From assembly GCF_964204645.1 (NCBI RefSeq), contig NC_134029.1:2542001-2606000 (forward strand): DNA of 64,000 nt, written 5' to 3'. Made by a program: the position numbers and the translations under genes. Source of the stretch: Tubulanus polymorphus (taxonomy: Eukaryota; Animalia; Nemertea). Below the pieces are notes generated by a model, which had not been told where the DNA came from, did not search any database, and saw only the letters and a list, made by a program, of their open reading frames with translations. Below are positions 14,701-26,700 of this stretch, piece by piece. Position 1 is the first letter of the stretch; every line of letters starts with the position of its first letter.

Positions 14701-17700
14701 GTAAACAACAGTAACAGAGTAAACTAAACTATGTCTGCATGAAATAACACTTACCTGAAGAAACTCTATTCGTTTTTGTCAACAGCGGAAACCGTGCGAA
14801 AATACCTGGAATTGTTGAAACTTGCGACTTTTTATACAAGGAAGAACATGTTATATTTACTATTCTACATATTGTTTACATGCCTCTGTATCAGGTCTCT
14901 ATAAACCTATTACACAACCACTGTATTGTGTATTACGCTGTTATGAATTATTAATTTTCTCGATTATTATAGTTTAAAACGTTATGTTCAGTGTAAATGT
15001 GGTTAAGTGTCTAATGGAAGTAAGTGATTTTGAATTCTGATTCTAGAGGTTGCACGGTTAAAAAACTGGTCTCAGATCGGCTCATCTTCTCTCTGCAGCA
15101 GGGATTCAAACTTTATACCAACAGGTTCGAATCGTTACTGAGGGAGGATGACGTAGGTTATAGAACTGAGGTTTAAACTGGTCAGCCTTGGCCCTAGTAA
15201 CAGTTAGTATACTGACATTATCTGCTATGCGCTGCACTGACTGAGCGCTAACAGTTCCACATCTTCCTGCAGATCACAGTTATTCATTATTTTCACCGAA
15301 GTCAGAAGTGTTCATTTCGTTGATGTTGATCAATCGTTGGTGTAATAATGAAAACACTGACTCATTAATCATCAGAAATAATTATCTTATCATTATCCAT
15401 AATTATTCAATCAATTAACGAGGCTGACTGCGGAGACTTCCGTCCTACTCTCTACATCATCCTAGAGCAGTTTTGTTAATTACTCGTAATTAGCTAGAAA
15501 TGTGTCTGGATTCGTCTTAAAAGTTGGAATGCTTATAGCAAACACAATCAGCTGATCAGTATAACTGTGAGGTATTTAGTATTTATCGATGGTAAACATT
15601 GACTACTGATTAAAAATCATTTCATACTGTACGAATGAAACGACTAAACAACTTACTACTTCAACAAGAAAACACGCAAAGAAATTCTCGTAGCTGGGGC
15701 AGATCCAAACCAGCCTAAAGGACAATTTTGTGTGTAGATTCGAAAATAAGGGCAAAATTGCATGGCCTCCGTTTCAACAAGAGGCAATAGGCCCCTCTGA
15801 AGTAAATTTTGTACCGGGAAATTTTTGAAAGTTGACATTTGGAAAAATTCTAGGTTTCCCTGCGTATCAGAGACGAGAGACGATGAGCTTTGATTTACTC
15901 AGTTTCTCTGTATTTATTTACTTGCAGGAATTATTACGACTACAAAGAGACGTTTAGATCGCGAAAGACAAGAAGAACATATCCTCGAGGTAAGAATGAA
16001 GAAACCTGCTTTCATCTGTAATTCAACGTTTCTATTTTAGCCGTGATCATCGCGCGACGAAAACTGAGGTCATTGCCTCACGACGATTTATAGATTTATT
16101 GAAGTGCATTTAAAAATCATTTGTGATAGCGCGTGCTTGTTTCTGAGCAGAGATTAGGGTATTCGTAACAAAATGTGGCGAATTGGCGGAATCTTGGTAG
16201 GGATCTCAGAGGCGCCTAATGACACATATTGACCCCTGAGTGGCTGTAAACCACAAAAACAAAAGGGCCGTAGAAAAAAAAAACTCCTGTTTAGAATTGA
16301 CATGATACCTATGTTGCCCACAAGACCATTATTCTCTAGATTCCCTTTCATTTTGGTATAAGTCAATTAGAATTAGTTCATATTGCACTTATTGAACCCT
16401 AGTGTTAAGAATTAAAGGAGAGGAACTGGTTTCCTGAAAATTGATCTGATAACAACCCCGCATTTTTTTTTGTAAATCACGTTTGTCTCGTCCTAAACAT
16501 TTTATTTATCGGCCCTTAAATCAAATCAGTCGTCTCAAAAATAATGATATAGGTTTTATTTGCTTTGGTCTGTGAAAAAAATCGCTCAGCTGAAACTGCC
16601 GTCAATGACTTATTGATATTTGCTAGAACAGTATTTTACTTGCACTTTGTTCTCTTTTTATTGTTATAATACCCGGGTTATTATTATGTGCCATGAATTT
16701 CTAGTGTTTAATTCCATGCGTTAATTGCCCCATCGGCGGCCATTTTATCTGGGACACAGACGACTGCGGGATGAAGTTAATTACACCCACTGGGAAACAA
16801 TTTATCTCTACGCGCACACAGAGACAGTGCCGCATGTTCAATAATTAGATTGTAATTCTAATTTCTGAGTTTTATATCATGTTTAATCCGTACATCAAGT
16901 CATTGACATCATAGATTTAATTCAAAACTCTGATTTAATGCATGGTCAAAATAAACAATGCCCTAGTCTTTAGATAAAATGGAGACGCCATCGCCCCCCA
17001 CCCCGATCTGAAGGTTCATAGTTCAGAATAAACATTGATCTAATCTCTAGGACAAAATGGGGAATGCCATCGACCAAATTGAAGATTTAAAAATATTTTC
17101 ATGTGATCTTTTTGAATGACATTATTTAGAAGGGTTCTCGTACTGATATTATCATTTCTTTCTGCGCGGTGTTGATCTTATTTTATTGTCTCTCACTGAT
17201 TTTAACCTGTTTCGTGTCTGTTCAGATAAAAAGACAATATTTGAGGACCACTCCTCGACCCTCAGTGCCGCCTACCAGCCAGCGCTGTCGAGTTCAATGT
17301 TTTAAGTTTCCTCCTTTTGTCTGATTAGAACGACCGAATAAATATCTTATCACATCTCGTGTGACATGATTACGCCTTAGACAAAAAATGTTCTGATCTG
17401 TAATTTCGTCTTCAAAAGGAACTGCTGTAAATTCCTGTCTCCATCATCTTTAGATATTGATGAATTATGAATCGTAGTATTATCTGCGTTAACAATAACT
17501 CGTTACAAAGAGCTGTTAATTACACCGTATTCTACACTGATAATGATAACCTTTTAACGGGACTTTGTTTTTCTGCTAGGTTCGATCTGCGCCAGAGGCT
17601 GCACTATAACCCAATATAAATAAGCATTACCAGTAAACATCGATTTTATGCGGCTAAATTTAGGAATTTAAGTGAAACCGATTGGCCCCTGTATCGTAGA

Positions 17701-20700
17701 TCATAAACTGCTGCATTTTTAGAGATGATTCTAAACAATATTTTGAGTACGATTCGATCTATGACGACACATCGCGACGATGAAGTATCGCCGAACTGTT
17801 GACAACATTTTATCCCTGAAAAGAACAGTGAGAGTTTCAGATTCCAGAATTTTCCTACGTACATCATCGTACATCGCGACTTTAGAGTTTATGTCGTTTC
17901 CTGCCAAAAATTTACCCCCGCGGCTCTCATTCACAAATAGTACGAGAATGTGACTAACGCGCATAGTTAGAAACGAGTATATTTCACCCACTGCATTCAA
18001 GGCATGCTATGGTTAGGAAATGGCAATCATTCGGTAAATTGTTTTTTTTTTGTCATTATATCCTTTTATAAGAACTCTTCCTAAAACGAGTCGGTTGGTT
18101 GTTTACGCGCTCTCGAGACACGACATGATAAATCATATTCTTTGATGTCAGATTAGATTGTCTATTATTTTAACTTTTTGATGTTGATAAGTTATGTCTT
18201 CCTGTATACCTTGATAAGCTACTGTCTTATCATTATGCAAGTCTGATATATACCGTAAGCGCATTCTAGATAACCTCATTTTTTTTTATTAAAGGTTATT
18301 TCCAAGTTTTGTTGAGGTGTATTTAGCAAGTCTAGGTCATTTTTAGGAAACTTTATGACCAAAATGCTTATCTGTCCAACTTTCGGGTCATCTGTTTCAA
18401 GTCCAAGTCCATCCACTTTAGTGGTCAATCGGTGCATGTCAATTTTGTCTTTTAAGAAATTTCCCCATCTTTAGCCTATAGAATGGAAGCACAGCTGTCT
18501 GGTCAAACAGGATGTCTCATAGCTTCCCAGTTCGACCTCTTGAACTGGAGGAGTTGTTAAAGTTGTTAAGATTGAAGTGTTTTATACCTGAGGGGGTGAA
18601 ATCCGTTGTCAAGATGTTATTCATTTGTAGTTTATAGCTGCCACATCAAATCTGAATTTAATGTCTTTCATAGAATTTGCCGGCCATAAATCTTGAATTC
18701 TGGTAATTATAGAGTTAACTGTATTTAGTAGTGTAGACTGCTCTCTCTAGTCACAGTCAATCATATAACATTCGTTTGTGTCTAGTTTTTTTTAGGGGGG
18801 ATTAATTGAATGAAAATGCGTTGGAGCCACAGAAGCTGGTATTACCCAGTATTACCCGATATTACCCAGTATTAGGACATGGTTGTAGTGACATTAATTG
18901 CTAATCGATGTCACTGATATAACTGTGTAAATGACTGGTGTTTATTATAACACAATATTCTCAGGTAAACAGCACACTGTCACACCCGATGTGTGAGGTA
19001 TATAGGTTAACCCCCCTACCACCCCCCACCCCCACCAGGCAATCATTCTTTAGATCGCACTATTTTATTTATACTTTACTCGCTCTTTTTACATTGTTTC
19101 CGATAAATACCCGTTTTTAGGGATTGTCAATCTATCATTTTTGAGCCCTGGACTTTGCCTGGACAGGTTTAGTTGTATGTACTGAACTTACATGTTATTG
19201 TGTTGTCAATTGGCTTGATTTTGATGGAAAATGTTTGGCTAACCCAATATAATGTTATCAGTCCCTTTTTTCATGGATCTGCTGTATACGTCTATACACA
19301 TATATGTAGAATTTTATAGATTGAAAGACTCTCGAACGAACAAGGGTTTGCCTAATAAAACTGGGTAGAATTTTATCAGTCCCTCGATTCACAAGGCGTC
19401 TACTGAAGAAGTAGATGAAAGTCTAACACGACTGCAGGAGTTCTTTGTTACTGACAGAAATTACAATAAAAATAGCAGCTTTGTTCTATTGTTATTAATG
19501 ATGTTGTATTGTGTGCGTGTGATACTGATATTGTTTCTCTTCGTAGATCGTTAATTATCAATTGCATACATCGCCCTGCCCCTGACAGACCGGAATATAA
19601 TTCAAATGATCTCTCGCGGAACTAGCAGCTCGCTAACGGGCCATCAAATGACCAGTGACTGAAATGGAAACAAAGACAGAGACAGAATTGAGTTAAAAAT
19701 CTTCATGTTCTTCACGAAACAGATGAAACAATGCACAAAGACGGTTTCGAAGACGGTTTTAATTTTTGCGCCATTTTTTCATTATATTTAGTTATTTGAT
19801 ATTGTTTTATGAGTATCCCACACTTTGTTTCCTCTGGTGCTGGCACGATAGTGTTATATATGGTGTAAATTGCCTCTCAACATAAGCTGTTCTGTAGCCA
19901 TTTACGCAGTGTTTATCCGTCATTAATGCGTTCTCTACTGAAACGCAATCAATTTCTATTTTCACGCTGTCTGCGACCATCAGAATCATGTCTGTGGGAC
20001 CCGATTCTTGCCTCCGTTTTTGGGCGGGGTAGTTCTAGTGCGCTGGCCGATACACAGCATCCCGGGGTGCTAATATAGGTTAGATGAAACTCATCGGTGC
20101 TGCCAGCTAGCGCCCAGTGCGGTTCTCCCCTGAATATTTGATATATGAACATTTTATATATAAAAAGTAAAACACCAATGGGATATAGGCACCAGACTGG
20201 ACGGGGCAATCAATTATGGAAAAATGTAGTAGTATAAAACATTTTCTTTGACAAAAATTAGCGGAACTCAGGATTTTGCCAGGGCCTGAGCGTGTTAGAT
20301 ATTGCTAGTGTGATTTCTATTTTTTACTGTAAATGTACATCACTATGCACTGTAAACTCACAGCTAATCACATTCTCGCACGGCATTCACAGCTAAAATG
20401 AATTACATGTTTTCCAATAAAGCCGCAATATTCACTCAGTATTTTCGGATTGATTTAATATCATTGACCGTGTGTGATAGGGAGGGTGGCAGGGACAGGA
20501 GCAAGGGAGGGATGGAGTTAGGTAGGTAGGGAGGGAGTTAGTTTGGTAGGTAGGGAGGAAGGGAGTTAGGTAGGCTGAGAGGGAGTTAGGTAGGGAGTTA
20601 GTTTCGTAGCTAGGGAGTTAGGGAAGGACTGAACCTGATTCACTAACTAAAGCGCACACAAACATCACCATCACCGTTATCAATTACATTTTCCACTTTC

Positions 20701-23700
20701 AGTTTTGTAAATTCTCTTTCGTTTTTTTTTTCATTTTAAAACTCATTTCTATGTGTTTGATGTATATTTAGTTGACTCCGTTGCGTGTATGTATTTTATT
20801 TCCCATGTATTTAAGTAATAATCAACCTCCCAGGCCTCTGAAATCATGTTGTCTCGTGGTGTTTTTTTTTCTGCCGTTGAGTATATCCGATGCCTGGACA
20901 TGCTGCAATATGAGGAGGATGCCTTGAGGATAGAGAGCAGAGACCTTTAGATGACCGATACAGAATGTGATTCAATAGAATGATGAGACATCTCCCCCCC
21001 TCTCCTTCCCCCTCTCTCTCTTTTCTCACTTGTCAACTTCAGTGTGAAAAGTGCATATTAAGTGCATGCACAGTTTTATGCATTCCAGATTGTGACACGT
21101 ATCGACTGATATTCACATGTACTTCAAACTCATCTGAATTACACATTATAAAATCTGAATGATATTCAAACACGACTGTACAATCACATACTGATACGAA
21201 CAGTAATAAAATGAATAAACTGGAAATATCCAAGGCCTGGAAAAATGGAAGAATTGACTCCCATTTAAAGACCATTGGACCTCATTACTGTGGACATCAT
21301 TAACTAATGAGTTTAAACAAGTGATTTCTATTAATTCTCACTGGACCATATTCTAGAGGTCATTACACATTACTCTAGAGGTCATCCTCAAATCAGGATT
21401 TTAGACAATGTAAACTCACTAAATTCTAAGAGATCTCTTATTTGCTGACGTCGATGTGAGAGTTGAAGAGTGAAGAGAAAGAAACCTCCACCTTACACAA
21501 ATACAATAGATAGACTATTATTGATAACTATATCATATCGATAACTTAAAATTGAGACATGAATCTTCATTTTATTTGAATAACACTTACATTCACTGTT
21601 ATCAGATATTTGAATACTGATTATTGTTATGTAATATGACACTCATACCGGTACACTTCAGAAAATTCACCATTACTGTTTTCATGCATCCAGGGATATA
21701 TACGTTCAGATTATTTATAGCCACTCGAACGTTGCTTTTACACGAGCTTCCGGGAAGACCTGAGGACGTCTTGTGGCCTCACCTTATATTTAGAAAAAAA
21801 TGTTTGTGTCTAGCAGCAGTCTAATAGCTTTATAAAGATCACGGGTGCTTTGATAAATAATCCGGGGTGTGTCACTTAAACATAAGACGAATAATTATAA
21901 CTAAATCAACTACAAACGTTGATATAATTATATTTGAGGATGGTTTACTTGTCTATACCAGACGATACAGCGTGTAATTGAGGAGGATATTATTAATAAA
22001 GACATTATTAGAGATGAGACTATCGATTGAAAACAGGTTATACCCCAGACAATCCTCTGTTGATATTATCCCTATAAATAAAACATCACCGCAATTTGCC
22101 TGCGGTCAAAACTTACAAATTCAATACGTGTAAAATAGGAATTCACTTAACGAAAAAGATAAAGATACTGAACAGCTGAAGTGCTGCTGCTGCTTATCTG
22201 TAGCCAGGAATACGGTAGCTACTGTAGTATGACTGAGATTGCAGTGATTGCCGTGAAAATCTTAACTCGAAAATATTTTTGTAGCAAAAAAAGCTAACTA
22301 CAGCTCTAAAGGCTCTGATCCTCTCTTACGCAGCCCAAACCCTAGGTAGCACCTATCGGGATTTGAACTTGGTACCTCCGGCAAGTCAGCCTAGCATGCT
22401 AACCACTAACCCACCAAGTCGTAGTGTTTGTTAGATTTACCTGGTCAGTGTGGAGACCAGTGAGCTGTGTAGTGACCAGTCAGGTGTGGTGACTGATTGT
22501 CAAATGGTCTATTCACTATCAATGTCTGATTACTTACTACAATGTCTTTACCTTCTTATCAGGTCCATCGCATCCATGTGGCAAAACAAGAACATCAAAA
22601 ACATTTGATATAAGATTTAAACATGTATTTTGTCAGGTTTAACTAGTATTTATGAGGAACAGCAATGTTTCCTAAATTGAATAATCGTAAATAATTATTG
22701 GACTGTAAGTATCAAAACCTGTTTCAAAATGTTTCTGCTAAACACAGAGATGAAATGTTGGCTGAGGTTTTCAGGGGATGCTGGTAACTGGTGTGATATT
22801 GATATTTACTCTTACTCAGTCACTGTAGTTTCAATTCATTCCATCTCGTAACTATTTATACTATATTCGAAAGCTAACATTATTTCATTTACAATTAAAA
22901 TGCAGTCGATTTCCATGTGTTTATCATTTCATTTTGCTTAATTCAGGAGCTTTCATCAATACACGGTGATCACATACACAGAACCCTGATAGTGCAGGGT
23001 CTGTTGTCTCACAGTACGCTTTAATGCTATCTTCACTTCACTAGAATTAAAGACTACTATTCTACTTCAACGTGCTAAAATTGCAGTCAAAATGGCATCT
23101 AAATTGATCAGACAATTTGAGTGAAGTTGTTTTAATTTAGCCGATGAGTTCTGTGGTTATTGAAGATGATAAAGTATTGTGTGACAGTCAGTATCTGTTG
23201 TGTTGTAGTTTCATCCCATCTGTTCAGATTTAGAGGATTAACTGGGATTTTAATAGAACTCTATATTGATCACTGAGGGGATCACAGTAATCCGATGAGT
23301 TATTGATTTATCTCAGTGGAAAGAATATCAATTTGAAATCCTAATAATATCAACAGAAACATGGGAGTTTATATAGTAATTTAGTGAAATTTGATTGAAG
23401 GGGCCAATGATGATCTTTGTTCATTTCATGAATGTTAGTTTTCTGTGTTTGTTGTGAGTTCTAGGAATCTACTTCAATCTTTCTTTATGCTTAGTTTCTC
23501 TTACTTCCAACATCACCTATTAATGAGAAATTGTTTAGATCATTTTCAATCCCCTTTTACTACATTTCAATTGAATTTATCATCGATTGAATGGACGTTT
23601 CGGTATGAAGGGAGATGCATTTCGCTTGGATCCGGGTCTGAATTGGAACGATTGTAACTGATTAAGTTCCCAGATGAGGAGATTCAGTCTCATGTCTTGT

Positions 23701-26700
23701 GTATAATCCATGCGATATTGTAACAAGCTGCTTCCATAATGAGGCGATCATTCTTGTGAGTCAATGATTATGTAACTTTGGTAACAATTGGGAATATGAT
23801 AATCAGTTTCTAACGGTTATATAATCCCCAGTTGTAATTGCTATTTGCTCTTTTGCCACAACTCTCTCTTGCTCTTACTGGCTCTCACTTGTGCTCTCTC
23901 TCTGCGTCCTATTTCTTCTAACCATTCTCATCGCTAACTTCTCGAAGTGGTTATATTTGTATTGAATATCGGTTAGAATCAACCTCACCGGTTCTGGATC
24001 GACTTGTATTTGCTTTTCGTGCTGAATTTGCCGTAGTTTTATCGATTAAAATGATTGAAACATCGATGTAGTAATAATTATTGTTTTGATTGCTGTTAAC
24101 TTTGCATCGGTTGATCATACACATGAATAGACAGCTCGGTTTTATTCTAACATGGTTTTATCATCTGATTATCATTTTTTGCCCGTCAATTACGAGTCAA
24201 TTTACTGAGATAATGACGTTTAGCGATAACCAATACGCTACACAACTTTCCATTTGGCTGATCGTTAGTTGAGCTTTAGAAAGTCGTGTTATTATCGTCT
24301 CAACCACCAGATTTGATTTTTCTGTACTGCGCAGATTATCTAGTGCCCTTCAAATGCAGAGATATAAACTGCACCATCAACTTTTCTTTGTCTAGAACTA
24401 AGACAATTATAGGGGCGAGATACTTATTGAAGAAAGTGTTGTTTTTGCAATTTTCTCAAAATCGCCCCCCCCCATATCTCGAGCCCTTATTGGACCGGGC
24501 CTTTAAACTTATATCTCAATAATTTTGATTGGTACTATATTCATTTCATACACAATAGACAACTCAACAATCGATGTATATCCTTCTAACAAAGACAAGT
24601 GCATAGAAAACTTAACGTCTTTCAACTGATTTTAGAATAAGTTTTCAAATCGGATTAGACTAGATGTATCTAGAGAAAAGAGAGATTTGACAAAAGTGGA
24701 GAAGAATTGACTAGAAGATGGATGACGAGTGAGGCTCAGGGTTTATTGGATGAGATATCTGATCACTTCTGACACATTAATCAATAGATTGAAGTATCAT
24801 CGACGTATGAATGGAACGTTCAGTTTATAATGAAAGAAACTCGAATCTTGAATTATATGTCTCTAAGAATTGTACTAATTGACCTTTATATTGGACGTGA
24901 ATGAAGAATATTTGAATGAATCTGCACTGGAATAACCCGCCTAGTGTTCACCATTTTATAACTATATGTCGACTAAGATGAGGATAAAAGATGAGGATGA
25001 ACTCGTGGATAATTAATCAATTTGTATGAAATGATGATAAAATTAGTTATCATCAATTTACTGAAGTAACTAGACCAACATTGTACCGATCGTGAAGCGA
25101 CCCTGTTGCTAAAAAATTGCAACAAATAGTCAATCATTACAAAACAAAACCAGTACGCAATGTATTGTGTAAGAAAATGATTTTTCTTAAAATACCCTAT
25201 CTGTGCTCCTCAGGCCCTGATCGTAGTATAACACTTATACTAAGAAGCCCCAGCAGGGATTGGAACCTTGGACCTCTTGCACGCAAACCCAGCATGTTAA
25301 CCACTACCCTACCAAGTCATGATGAATGGTTGTGTTTGGAAGTTAATCTGGTCAGTGTTGCGACCAGTCAGGTGTGTGGTGACTGGTCTCCAAATGCTCT
25401 ATTCATTGACCATAGTTCCTTAGGCCCATTGGCAGGAAAGGCTGTCTCAATCTAAAAGGGCACTTGTTGCACCAATAAAACCATGTTTTTGCCAAACTAG
25501 ACATAAAAAAGATTTGAAATGAGATAAACTTAGAAACATACATTAGGAGAATAGAAATGACCGCTGTTATAGAAAATCCCACACTCAGTGATAATCTATG
25601 ACCACTTAAATTATTTCCCAAATTTAGTGATTTAATGGACCCCGCATCCTCTCATAGATCATGATATGATCAGCAGATACAAAACATCTTTGCTAAAAAG
25701 AAAAATAGCTTTAGGGGTTTTGCAGGTCTATCTATGACTGAGGTTAATGTTGGTGTACTGTATGAACTGAGGAAGATGCGGTTTGATAGTAAACAAACTT
25801 TCACATCTCCCCGATTCAGGGCTTCCCTGCTCAATTCCTCGATGTGTTATAAATATCTGATAATTAGAAAGAACCTCACAGGAGATTTACTCTACATTTT
25901 CTTTGAATGTGAAATAGAGGGAAGAATCTGAGTTGAGCAACCCCTGCTAATATAGATTGAAACCAGAGATTTGTAGTTCATTTTACTTGACCCCTTCATT
26001 AATACACTGAAAACAAGTTTCATAGCTTGCAGTTTTTCGGAAGCTGTAGCTATATAGAGGTATATATCAGTACCCCTCTACTGGGGGAGAGGTATATATC
26101 AGTACCCCTCTACTGGGGGAGAGGTATATATCAGTATCCCTCTACTGGGGGAGAGGTATATATCAGTACCCCTCTACTGGGGGAGAGGTATATATCAGTA
26201 TCCCTCTACTGGGGGAGAGGTATATATCAGTACCCCTCTACTGGGGGAGAGGTATATATCAGTATCCCTCTACTGGGGGAGAGGTATATATCAGTACCCC
26301 TCTCCTGAGGGAGAGGTATATATCAGTACCCCTCTACTGGGGGAGAAAATCAGATACAAATGTAGTTGCTACAAAGATATATCAACCTGTAAAAATAGAA
26401 ACGAGTATAACACTGACTGTTGAAAGATTCAACAGTCTGAACATGTGTCCTTCTCACCAGCTTCTCACTGGCTCTAGTTTCACCTGAGATGTTTAACATA
26501 GAGCTCCATTTGTAATAAAATCAGTAATGAACAAATAATGAATAGATCTGCTGTTTTAGTCCACTCTTACTTTCGCTTTGGGAGTTCTCGAACCATAATA
26601 TCCAAGATCTTAAAGAAATTGACACCTACTGAGCGAAACATTTCTGATAGTTGAACATGATCTTATATCTGGTTTTCTAGGTTGTTTTTTTAATGATAGT

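Noticed and set aside
23832-23965. Long AG-free pyrimidine tract
   Set aside because: The first AG leads to a stop within six codons and there is no frame-preserving donor; looks like CT low-complexity sequence.
26027-26308. 93-aa repetitive ORF and CRISPR-like periodicity
   Set aside because: Pure tandem repeat with no unique spacers or cas genes, in a eukaryotic intron.
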